DNA of 63,637 nucleotides, filler included, from Reticulomyxa filosa (taxonomy: Eukaryota > Protista > Foraminifera), in NCBI GenBank assembly GCA_000512085.1. It is 22 parts of 22 records of this genome, joined end to end, with 100 filler letters (N's around TTAATTAATTAA, not from the genome) between each part and the next. Parts side by side here need not be neighbours in the genome. Positions count along the whole stretch, not along the records: positions 1 to 2,448 come from ASPP01029362.1; positions 2,549 to 5,228 come from ASPP01013562.1; positions 5,329 to 7,334 come from ASPP01027968.1; positions 7,435 to 9,538 come from ASPP01020599.1; positions 9,639 to 16,147 come from ASPP01004249.1; 17 more parts are not named here. One strand, 5' to 3'. Of this stretch, positions 1-11,208 are shown piece by piece. The position numbers and the translations under genes were made by a program. Under the pieces are notes generated by a model. It ran no database searches. It worked only from the letters and a program-made list of their open reading frames with translations, and was not told the DNA's origin. Position 1 is the first letter of the stretch. The number at the start of each line of letters is the position of its first letter.

Positions 1-1
1 T

Positions 2-238
2 GACTGGCAAATGCTCGGAGGCTGCAGCTCTGAATGTGGAGGCGGTGAGCAGCAACGTATACGCCAATGTGTAAGCGTATGTGACAATAAAATGCCTGTG
101 GACAACTGTGCAGGTGTCTCACACGATACTATCCCTTGCAACACTCAGCCATGCCCTGGATGGAAAAATGCTGAGAGTAATCTTGAAAAACTTAGCAATA
201 GTGGTGAAGGATCACATCGTCCATGGTGGCATCCATAA
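2..238 (+). CDS. 3' end of a thrombospondin type-1 (TSP1) repeat protein (partial)
   Basis: W...CSSECGGGEQQRIRQC...CAG..HDTIPCNTQPC matches the TSP1 pattern W..CS.TCG.G.Q.R.R.C....C.G......C....C. Confidence 0.8.
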   Translation, partial: DWQMLGGCSSECGGGEQQRIRQCVSVCDNKMPVDNCAGVSHDTIPCNTQPCPGWKNAESNLEKLSNSGEGSHRPWWHP

Positions 239-930
239 AACCACTAGCTGAATTTTGTTTTTTTTAAAATGAATATACATATATTATGTCTTTTTTATTA
301 TATTATATTGTAATGCTTATTTTTATTTTAATTTATTGTTTGTCTTGTTCACAGCTTTCTTTGTATGCGACAAAAAGCTGTTCTTGTCGCTTACTTAGTG
401 TTGGATAGTGCTGTTTTTAATGTAAATACTGTTTTGTTTATTTTTTTTCTTTCTTTGTATCTAAAGACAACAAAAACAAATATACAGTTTAATTTTTTTT
501 TCTCCTAGAGTTGTTTGAAATTGTAATTGTCTTGTGTGTGTTCGCTGTTTTTTTAACACGAACTAATTTACAACTATATTTTTTTCAAAAAACAAATTTT
601 AGAGCTCACAAACTTCTCACTTTGTTGCTGGATCTGCCTTAGTCTTTACTCATTTTTGATAAGAAAAAAATAGCAGTCAGTTTTTTGAATACAACTGCAA
701 AGTTTAAAATATGTCTTTTTTAAAAATTTAAACCCGAAAAAACATTCGCAAAAGTGATCAACAAAAAAATATTTGCACTGATAAATTTCAAAAATTGATC
801 TCTTCTATGAAAGATATACTCAAAAGTACTATGTTTTTGTCGGTCGTAACTCCATATTTTTACTAAAAAAAAAATAAAAGGACAAAGTTAGCTTCGATTG
901 AAGAGATAGAAAAAAAAATATCAAAGCATT

Positions 931-2448
931 ATGCAGTCATCAAAGCGACATAATGACTATCCAGATGAAAATGAGCCCGGGGTCTTCGAAGTCGAAGCAA
1001 TCCTGGCTGACAAGTGGAACGACGTAGGGCAAGTGTATCAAGTGCACTAGAAAGGTTATGACGAGGAAGAAGAATACACTTGGGAGCCTTATGACAACAT
1101 AAAGCATTTAGAATTACTCAAGAATTATATTTCCAATGGAGGAGGGTGTCCCAGTATGTTGTGGTTTCTTTCTATTCTTACATTTTCCTATGTAATATAT
1201 AAGGAACAATAGCAAAAATTGTGAAATGTAATATTATAAACGGAAAGTGACCAAGAAGAAGAAGAAGAAAACACGGGAACAAAGACAACATCAACCAAAC
1301 ACAAATCCAAGTCAAAATCAAAATCGAAATCAAAGTCAAAATTCAAAAAAAAAGCAAAGCAGAAGTAGAATCTGATGACGAATCGAACTCGAAATCAAAG
1401 TCAAAATCCAAAGAAAATCGAAATCAAAATCAAAACATAAGTCGAAATCGAAATCGAAACCAAAGAAGATCAAAACCAAAGTCAAAGTCAAAATCTCCAC
1501 TAAATAAGAACGAAACAGCGTCGATACCGAAGATAGAAGCGACAGATGACATAGAAAATGAGGACTCTGCAAAGCCAATGGAAGGCAAGGAAGCAGATGA
1601 TGTTTCGTTTTTTTTTCATTTATATATACACATATACATATACATATAATCATACAAATATCAATTTAAAAAAAAAAGCTATCAACGATGAAACTCGGTC
1701 TGTCTGAAGAAATAAGCATAACACAGCCGAAACGCAGAAAGCTGAACAACCAAACTTCAACAGGACGACCAACAGCCAAGATAAGAGAGATTCGACCACA
1801 ACACCAAAAAGTGGTGCCATTTATAATAGAGCAGGAAACGAATGAAATATCAGAGCTCATTCCAAGAAAATCGGCCCATCAGCTCCATTTGGAATACAAG
1901 CAAGCCAATCCCGATGCATATAACAATGAACAAGGCCTAGATCATATCAAAGAGGATCCTTACATATCTACCACAGCTTGTTCTCCATTGCATCGTGCGT
2001 CGTTTCCTTCGCGACCCCTTCCTCATCATCCTTTGCCACCTCCACTGCCGATGGAGGATCATGAATATCAATACAGCTACCCATACGACGCTCCGAAGTC
2101 GTCAGTACGATATAATTCATTTGATCGAAAGTTCGAAGAAGGTGAAGGAGAAAGAGGAGAAAGAGGAAGATGCAGAGGTAGAGGTAGAGGAAGAGGTGGA
2201 GAAAGAGGAAGAGGAAGAGGAAGAGTCAGAGGAAGAGGAAAAGGAGAAGAATATGGAAGAAGAGAAGAATATGGAAGAAGAGAAGAAGAATATGTAAGAG
2301 AAGGAGAATATGGAAGAAGAGAAGAAGAATATGGGGGAAGAGGACAGAGTTTCCAGAGTTACAACAATGGAAGCAAGCTCCCGCCATTGCCCACTTTCAC
2401 TTCGGATTATTCCGCCAATGTAGCTCCAAGTGAACCATTACCGCCGGT
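931..2448 (+). pseudogene. Chromodomain protein with SK-repeat and RG/EEYGRR-repeat tail; in-frame TAG in the chromodomain and several frameshifts
   Basis: From ATG 931 it reads FEVEAILADKW...YQVH*KGYDEEEEYTWEPYDNI, a chromodomain with TAG (1048-1050) at the conserved Trp. Probable introns at about 1154-1203 and 1612-1678; the last exon is the 1688 ORF. Confidence 0.7.
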
Positions 2449-2548
2449 NNNNNNNNNNNNNNNNNNNNNNNNNNNNNNNNNNNNNNNNNNNNTTAATTAA
2501 TTAANNNNNNNNNNNNNNNNNNNNNNNNNNNNNNNNNNNNNNNNNNNN
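2449..2548. other. Artificial contig spacer N44-TTAATTAATTAA-N44 (first of 21; the others start at 5229, 7335, 9539, 16148, 17251, 21625, 23954, 26088, 28124, 30254, 34129, 36155, 38000, 46675, 47929, 49186, 50447, 54806, 56410, 62527)
   Basis: Identical 100-nt unit each time; the 12-mer gives stop codons in all six frames; composition and genes break abruptly across it. Confidence 0.99.
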
Positions 2549-3995
2549 GCGAATGGTTTTTGCAGAAGCAGCAGCAGCAGCAGCAGTGGGAATCTGTAGC
2601 AACTGTGTAAGCAGATATTTCCTTTCCTCTTCGCTCGGCAGTGCGAGAAGCAGATGTCGAGGAAACACATCTTTGAACAGATCGCACATTTCGACAGAGT
2701 CAGTCACGAAAAGAGATGGAGCCACTCCGTTGCTCAGAGCCGACACCTGGCTGTATTGTATCGCCCCATACGTGCTCTGTTCGCGATGAGTCTCTAACAA
2801 CCATGGCTTACTTGTACTGCCAATTATTTGCACAAACGAACTGTTATACGCATCCAACATCGAGAATACAAGCGATTCGATGCCGATCGCGATATTCAAC
2901 ATTGCATTACTTTATTTTTTTTATTAACGTATATGTATATACATATATACGTATATATATATATATTATGTGTATGTATACCGTTATAGATGTACAAATG
3001 TGCAAAACGTACATATATAGTACGTATACAACCTCCCCCCCCCTCCTCCTTTTTTTTTAATTTTAAAAAAAATAAATGACTCGATTTTTGAGTCATTTAT
3101 TTATTTATTTTTTTGAGTGGCTCCGAAACGCAAATGCATATAATTTGAAATATTATCGTTTTCAATATTTGCTTTTTTTTTAAAAAAAAAAAAAAAAGGT
3201 ACAAAACAATTCTCTCATCCAATAACGAAAAACAGAGCGAACAATTTTCCAGAGGCACTGTTGGTTCCATTGAATGAGATTAAGATGGTGCTTTTTGATC
3301 GGGAGACAAAAGCGGTTGATGAACTCCGGGAAAAGAAAAGAGATGAGATGCAGTTCAGTGACGTATACGATACACGGAGAAAGATTGCACACCACTTGGA
3401 CGAGGGCAGAAAAGAAGGCTTTGCAATTGAAAACGGTAGATTGAGTCGCTTGTCGAAGTATGGAGGGAGATAAGTAAACGAAAGAAACGGAGTGGAAGTC
3501 GTTGTAATGACACTCTTTGATCAATGCAAGCAGCAAATGCATCACACTATGCACACAGTTGTGTTTCGACATGTCCATGTCGGCACTGCTGATATTTCCG
3601 CCATAGAGCAAGATTGGAGTGTTTCGTGACAATAGAGTCTGACAATGACTTCGGAGTACAAACAGTGGAATTATTTTCTGATCCTTTTGGTATTGATCCA
3701 TTGCCTCGTGTGCGTTTTGAATATTCTGCTTCACGCTGCGAAGAGTCTTCTCGTTGTTCACATGTGTCGCGTCAATTACACATGCTTGCAACAACTCCTT
3801 CAATTCCGAGTAGCCTATCACTTCATTCAGTCCAAACGGACATGCCGTTGGGCGCTGCGATAACGGAACGTAAATCGATTGCTCCACCAAATCCCGCAAA
3901 TGACTATTTCGTATGCAATCCCGCAACATTGCATGTACACTTGAGACATGTTCACTTGAATGATGCAGCAAAAAAATGTCGGATGCAGTGATCAT
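2549..3995 (-). CDS. Degenerate AAA+ ATPase-like protein (katanin/spastin/VPS4 style), 3' partial
   Basis: EVIGYSELKELLQACVI, PILLYGG (Walker A eroded), CIVYVTELH (Walker B eroded), IIGSTSKPW and FPRHLLLALPSEEERKYLL line up with successive AAA motifs; intron at about 2910-3200. Confidence 0.65.
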
Positions 3996-4356
3996 AATTC
4001 GCGTTTTTTTTTTTCATTATATTCTATTCTGCCCCCTTCTTAACAACCACAACCTGGTTCTCTTGTTTTTCTCCCGGATATGGAAAGAGTCACAACTTTA
4101 AATAAAAGTAACAATGAGAAACCATTTTTGCAAAATTTTATGTTTTTTCACAACGTCTTCTTTTTACTGCAAATTAATTTTATTATATATCTCTTCTTTT
4201 TTTTTTTGTCAATCGATTTAAAATAAAATAAATTATTGGAAATGATAACTTCTTTTCGTGAGGTGTCTGAAGTTGAAAGGTGAAGGTCAGTCAAAGAATG
4301 AAAAAATAAAAGCTAAAAAGAATAAGAGGTGGTGAAAGAAATAAAGGTAAAAAAGA

Positions 4357-5119
4357 ATGAGCAAGATTGAAGATTTGATAAATGATCCAGAAAACAGTAC
4401 AATTCATAACTGGAGATGTCTTTCAAACCACTTGCAAGGCGGAAGCTGTTGTAAAAAATTCATCGAACAAAAATGTGCTCGATGTGGTGAAAATTACTTT
4501 GCCTTTGTTTCGTTGATTGGAGAGCCAAAACAAAGCATTTTGTCAGAATCAGACTTGGTAAGAAAAGAAAGCAAATTCGGAGATAAAAGGATTGGAGTGA
4601 GAAAAATAGTACAAAAACGAGCTCTTTTCGATCAAAGAGAAGAAGAGGGGGGGGGGAATTGTATTACATAGATCTTCAAATTTGATTTAGTGATTAAATA
4701 TAATTCCAAATACTACGCCTATCCATTTGTGACGTCGTATAAAAATCTTAAGCAATTACAACAACATATTGAAGTTGACTTGATCTCACTTTTAGTTTTC
4801 CCTTTCTTTTTCAAATGACTCCATTTTTTTTTTTGTATATTAAAAAAAAAAAAGATAGACTGTGTTTTTTTTTTGTTGTTTTTTTTTTTACATGATGTAT
4901 ACGTAACGCACGTATCTATAACATAAAATATAGAAAGAAAAAAATTTATTTCCGTCGAAGACACATCCAAAGGCGTTCAGCAACAAGTGTTACTCAAGTA
5001 AGCAAGAAGAAAAAAAGCTTCAGGGAATCAATGACGATGACAAAATATTGAAAGAGGCAAACTTGCCATCGATTAAATTTAAATCGAGTTCGGGGCAAGT
5101 CGAAGCAATTCAAAAGTAG
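4357..5119 (+). CDS. Hypothetical multi-exon protein with a Cys-rich N-terminus
   Basis: ORF 4357-4671 plus coding-like segments at about 4672-4775 and 4959-5119, ending in TAG. Confidence 0.4.
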
Positions 5120-5776
5120 AGTGTGATTGAAATTCTTCCCCCCTCTTTCTTTTTATCTATCTATCTATCTTTGCATAAGTTGTTGTTGTTGTTTTGGTTG
5201 TTTTTTTTTTTTTTTTTTTTTTTTTTTTNNNNNNNNNNNNNNNNNNNNNNNNNNNNNNNNNNNNNNNNNNNNTTAATTAATTAANNNNNNNNNNNNNNNN
5301 NNNNNNNNNNNNNNNNNNNNNNNNNNNNAATCATGGCAACAGAGTTGATAAATTTTCATCTGGTATTGCATGAACACACTTTTTATATCAAATACTTATT
5401 CAAAATTGAGTTTGATAGTTTAATTTTGACATAATAAAGTACAAAATTCATTTAACACAGAACATTTAATTTTTTAATTTAAATAAATATGTTATTTCAT
5501 TGAATGATTGAAAGTGTTTTCGTTTTTTTTTTACATAAACACAAATGAGCTTAGCAAATCAGTTGGCTAATAAAGACAGTAATTTGTTTTAAAAATATAT
5601 TGAAAATTATCAAACTATGAAGAAATATTTGTAAATGCCTCCACTTTTCTATGTCCAGTCCTTTTTTGTCACTTGTTTTGTTCCACAATGACATAATAAG
5701 CAAAGTGTGAATTATACACAACATTAAATGAATTTTCAAATATCTTAAATCTACATCCTGTTAAGAATAATTTTAA

Positions 5777-6130
5777 TTGTTTCAAGTCAACTCACAGGTA
5801 TTTCATTCAGAAAATAAATGGATAACATTTCAAAACGATTTACATAGCTCATTGAAAGATCGTGTTGCAATATTGACTGAAGACAATACATATATGCATA
5901 TTATTGGAGGAGGAGATAATAAAAAGACAATAGTATCAACTTACATGAAGACAAAAGTGTGCATATGGATTGATAATAATTTTATTTTCTAATCGACGCA
6001 ATAAATTTTATTGTATGAAAAGGATTAACAAATAATGAACAGTCAAAAAATGAAATTAAATCTATTATTTGAAATTCGAAGATAAAATTAGGATGAATCG
6101 ATGATTTTGATCAAATTATTTTAAATACAG
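5777..6130 (+). pseudogene. Degenerate C-terminal fragment of the Kelch-like family, including the shared IKLGWI.DFD exon
   Basis: ENKWITFQNDL..SLKDRVAILTEDN...HIIGG and SKNEIK..IKLG*IDDFDQII are homologous to 42395-42775; contains stops. Confidence 0.75.
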
Positions 6131-6429
6131 TAAGTAAAATATCTACAAGTCATGCTATCTTTAAATATGGTATTGACGTTATGTTATCAGACTGTTGTAA
6201 AATTCATTTTTAAGCATTTTTTGTTAATATATTTATTTTTACCAGACTGATATCTTTAAAAGATTGGATCACATAAACTAATTTTGAAAAAATAATCAAA
6301 TAAATAACTTTTGAACACGTAATTTCTTGTGTTTTAAATCCTTCATTAAATTTTTTCAAGGTATGATATCATTAAAAGTTTTTCAAGCAATAGCACATTC
6401 GTTCATTAAATTTTGCAAAGTTGACTTTA

Positions 6430-6900
6430 TTCAATTTCATTGAAATTGCCGCAATTACCTTGCAGATGATTAATGAAAGCTTTCATCTTCAATGATATCC
6501 TTATCTCGATATGCTCCAGTCCTTTCCATGCAAGGCAAGACAAACAATGAAACATATTAAACATTGGGACAATTTATAGTAAATCATAGGTGACCAGTTT
6601 TGAATTCAATTTATTTGCAATTTCATCAAATCTGTCTATCCTTTGCATTTACAACAAGTTCTACATCTATCTCTTTTGCTTCTTGTCTATCACCATAGAG
6701 AAATGAATAGTCCAGAATGTTTGATCTTTTTTTTTATCAAATATGGGGTCAGTTTGTCTTGTAAGTTGTAATGATCTTTTAATTTTTGCTTTGGTCGTGT
6801 CTGCACAAGAAGAAATCAAAAACTTTTTCCCTTATCGAATTTATTAAAGTTAGAATGACTTTGAATCGAATTTTATTTTTGCATGTGGTCAATATTGATC
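6430..6900 (-). pseudogene. Eroded NACHT-type NTPase remnant
   Basis: Minus-strand fragments KLKDHYNLQDKLTP, IDRFDEIANKLN (Walker B-like) and LAWKGL, interrupted by stops and frameshifts. Confidence 0.45.
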
Positions 6901-7434
6901 AAATCTTATCTTAACTACTTTAAAAAAGCAAATGAAATCAAAATAATGCCTCTTTATTGCAGAAAGAAATATTCTATTAAACAAACCTTTTTAAGTATCT
7001 TCTGTGGCATTCAAATTGTTAAATTTACATACTTTTTTCTTGAATGGATTGAGAAAAGGTTTGAAACTGCTTGAGATGCCATTAAAAACCCTTGGTATTA
7101 TACCCATATTTTGCACAAGACCAATGTTACTTTATCGATATATGTGTTCAAATACAAGTTGGAGAGGACTTGCATCAAATCAGAGCCTTCTTTTCAATAC
7201 AGTTTATAATTTATAGTCAATTTTTGATATAGTATATGCATATGTATACGTGGAGGCTTAGAAAGGGACTTGCGTATGCATATACTTACTTTGGATAAAG
7301 TAATTACCCCAAAGAAACTGATCATACAAAAAAANNNNNNNNNNNNNNNNNNNNNNNNNNNNNNNNNNNNNNNNNNNNTTAATTAATTAANNNNNNNNNN
7401 NNNNNNNNNNNNNNNNNNNNNNNNNNNNNNNNNN

Positions 7435-7477
<43 letters not shown>

Positions 7478-8224
7478 ACAAACAATAACAAAGGTGGACG
7501 TGACTCTGAAAAACAGCGCTTAAACAATGACGGATTGGGGAAAAAACAAGTATCGTTTCCATCTGGAGGAGCGATGGTAATAACGAAGAATGTGGACATG
7601 ACTCAACCTTTTTCATCTCCGTCCTCATTGCAACAGGGAAGTATATACACCGACGAAAAGCTGACGGACAAGGGCAAGACAGCGAACACGTCTTTGAAAG
7701 TCGATAGTGGACACGTGACGTCGTCTCTTCTTTCGGTCGGGGATGTGGTCGTGTGCAACGTCCCCATCAAATCCACCGTTGGCGATCTGTCCTCTACGAC
7801 GGCGGACTTACAATCCCATTGCAAAGTCACTTGCGTCCTCTCCTCTACTCTGGTCGAAGTGGCTCTCTTGTCCGACTCCACTCAGTCGTTTGTAGTGAAT
7901 ATCTCCAATGTCACCCCTGTACGTCCTTTGCAGGCCAATGGAGGACAGCAAACGTCCACTTACAAAGGCGTTGTCAAGGAGCTGAACCAAAGTGGCTCCG
8001 GACAAAAGATGGAGTCACTTCGGAATTACATTGCCGAATTTGGAAAGATGTTTTGGGACCGTCGTCAAGAGCTTCCTTTCCACACCGCAACCGACCAAAC
8101 CGGTCGTATCGTGAATGTCATTTCTGGAAAAGACTTGGCCAAGTCCTTGTATTCCAATTCCTTGCTCTTTAATTTCATGTTGCAATTGTCTCAATATTTG
8201 CAAGCGATCAATGATAACAATAAC

Positions 8225-8283
<59 letters not shown>

Positions 8284-9172
8284 CGATAATAGATGATTTT
8301 AAATGGAAAGATGACTTGCCCAAATCACAAATATTGAAAGTGTGTCAGAAATTGCTGGAAAATAATTACATTCAATTGGTACAATTGCAAAATGAGATGA
8401 ACGTATTGGATACACACCAGTTTAACTACTCGAATGCGCATTTTTATCAGCTATCGTTCGAGAAACACCGCGAGTTGCTATTGGAAAAGGAGCCCGACCG
8501 AATGGCTTGGCGAGAACACACGCGTGTGTTAGTGTTCTCTCGCAGCCACGGGGACCGATGGACAGAAGGGACGATTATGAAAATCAAAGGAGATGAAATT
8601 ACCATCAATTATGGCGAAACACAAATGATGCAAAAAATTGTCGACCGATTTGATGACGGCTTACGCTCTTCTCCAGAATTTGTGGCGATCAGATCTCGAT
8701 GGGACAAAGGCAGTCCTGTCGAGGTATATTCTGCTTCGACCAAACAATGGTGGCCTGGGGAAATACACTTTTCATGAAGGATGAGACTCCGAAAAAACCT
8801 GATCAACTCCAAGTCCATTTTACCATTGACGATCCTGTTCCGAAAAAATTAATGAAGTGCCTCTCACGCTGGTCTCCGCTGCTACGTCCTCCCATTCCCG
8901 TTTCCACCGAACTTAAAAAATATTCCAAAGGCTCCAAAGTTGTCGTGTATAGTGCTACGTACAACAAATTTTTGGAGGGCACTGTTGTCATGCTTTTGCC
9001 GGAATATGATGCGGTTAAAGTCACTTATGGAAATGGCGAGTTCACCAAATCTGTTTCTGTTAAATCAGGCCTGATCAAATTAATAGATGAATACGTGCTT
9101 GAGAATCAAATGGAATCCCAAAACACGGGCCATGACCCCAATTCCCCGCCTTTGACTGTCGAAGGCAATTGA
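7435..9172 (+). CDS. Protein with poly-Asn tracts and tandem Tudor/Agenet/SH3-like barrels (5' partial; frameshifts at about 8290 and 8770)
   Basis: ORFs 7535, 8115 and 8699 join into one protein with three repeats of the type W.KGS.V.VYS....W..G.I......V.Y. Confidence 0.65.
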
Positions 9173-9499
9173 GGTTATTATTTGACTGTTGCTGTGTGTT
9201 TCAACACATATTATATACATGCATGGTGCGTATGTGCATATCTCCTTTCGTCATGTTCTTGTCCTTGTTTATGTTTGCTTCTCTTGTTCACCCTTTTTTA
9301 TTTTTTTAAATTTTTTAATTATTTATTTTTTTTGTTTTTTAGCTCCAAAACTTATTTGGTGAAAACAAATGGGAATAATACATTAAAAATAATGAGCCAC
9401 TGAAACATTATCATTGGTAGAGACTGAAAAAGACGTCATGAAGTTTGTAACCAAATTTCATTCTTATAGTTTATGGTTCTTCTTTTTAATTTTCATTCA

Positions 9500-9538
<39 letters not shown>

Positions 9539-9734
9539 NNNNNNNNNNNNNNNNNNNNNNNNNNNNNNNNNNNNNNNNNNNNTTAATTAATTAANNNNNN
9601 NNNNNNNNNNNNNNNNNNNNNNNNNNNNNNNNNNNNNNTTTTTTTTTTTTTTTTAAAAAAAAAAATAATTTTGACAACATGTACGTTACATGGATGCAAT
9701 TGTGTTTGGGAGAAAAAAAAAAAAGAAAAAGAAA

Positions 9735-11000
9735 CTAAACAGTAACAAAAGCATTAAATTCCAAGTCATCCAAATTGTGATGAACTCCGAGCGGGGAGAC
9801 TGCACGTTTTTGTGCAGACAAATACTTTCGATTAGCTTGAGCGAAAATGGCCAGTGATTTGGCTTGCATCGGGGTTTGGTAAATGAGACTCCGTATTGTT
9901 TTGACAATCCTGTTGCGTGTCGACGGGTGGAAACATACCAATTCGTACGTTTTGTACGCCTTGGTGACAATGCTGAAGGACTTGTCACGATGAAAAAACT
10001 CTCGCAAGCTCTCTGTGTTCGTATTGGTATCTTCCGTTGTAAGTGTTTCATGAGAGGCATTCATCGAGCTCAAATTTAGAAAGTTTGGTGTCCAATGTCC
10101 TTCCATTACAAAGTGGATGTCGCTTAAATGGATAAAGTGAACATGCTCATTTTTATATTTTTCGCCTGAGTTTTAAATATACGTATATACAAAAAAAAAA
10201 AAAGTGTACATATACATTTATGTGCACGTAATATACGTATATATGTAATATGAGATAAGAGACACATTTACTTTTACTTTTGCTTTACATTACTTTACTC
10301 TGTAGTTCCAATGGACCGCCCAACGACTGAAGCGATGTGACATAATTGCTTTTGATTCGATAGTGACCGGATGGAGCCAGCTTTTTCATAGTTGCCTTGC
10401 TCTTTTTTGGTTTTTCTTCTTCAAAGCGCACGGATTGGATCTTTATCAATTGTGGCTCTTTTTTTTGCGAGTACTTTTTTTTCTCCTCTGACAATGAAGT
10501 TTGCACTTCTATATGAGAAGGCCGACCACGAATGCAATGGATCTCTCTTTTTTTTTTTTACGTATACAAGTTTACTCCATACTTTCTTTTTTTTTTTTTT
10601 TTTTTTTGCTGATTAATATATCTGTATATGTTTACATATATATTATATGTCCGCATCGTACTTGCAATAAAACTCCTCGAGGTGTTTGCTCTTCGTTTGC
10701 CGGTAGATGGTATACCAACTCTCCCATTATCAAAAGACTACACCATTGGACGCAAAAAAAAAAAATATATATATGTATATGTACAAATAATATGTATAAC
10801 CTTAAAAAGTTTGTGAACTGTTCCTAGCTTTAGATGTTTTGCATATACTTCAAGTCAACGAGCGGGACCGGAACCAGATATTTCGTTAAGGCACACCATA
10901 AGTGACAGACGCGAGCACAACTTGGTAAAACTTCAATCGGTGCAAAGGATAAAATTAAATAGGTCAATTCACGAGCTGAAAAATGAGTCGAGCTATTCAT
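9735..11000 (-). CDS. F-box-containing hypothetical protein (multi-exon)
   Basis: N-terminal FSARELTYLILSFAPIEVLPSCARVCHLWCALTK matches the F-box consensus; further exons at about 10650-10750, 10285-10540 and 9735-10125. Confidence 0.6.
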
Positions 11001-11208
11001 CTTTGACAGTGTCCTTTTTGTCTTTACCCCCTCCACTTCAAAGACGCAGAATGATTTGTCTATACAAATGTACAATAATAACTATTTTATTCGTTGTTGT
11101 CAAAATAAAAGGCTTGTTTTTAATCATATTTAACTTTCTCAAGAAGTTTTCCCCAAAACTGGAGTAAAAAGAGCCAAAAAAAAAAGGAGAGCATAATCAA
11201 GAGTTTCA

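Noticed and set aside
8210-8290. Poly-Ile, poly-Leu and poly-Ser membrane-like ORFs (also 7387-7599, 33478-33986, 1336-1653)
   Set aside because: Alternative-frame or antisense readings of AAT, GAT and SK-coding repeats.
8280-8780. Euplotes-style programmed ribosomal frameshifting in host genes (also at about 31123, 32875 and 57750)
   Set aside because: The shifts go in both directions, sit in homopolymers or microsatellites, share no motif and also occur in the bacterial ileS. Sequencing indels explain them best.
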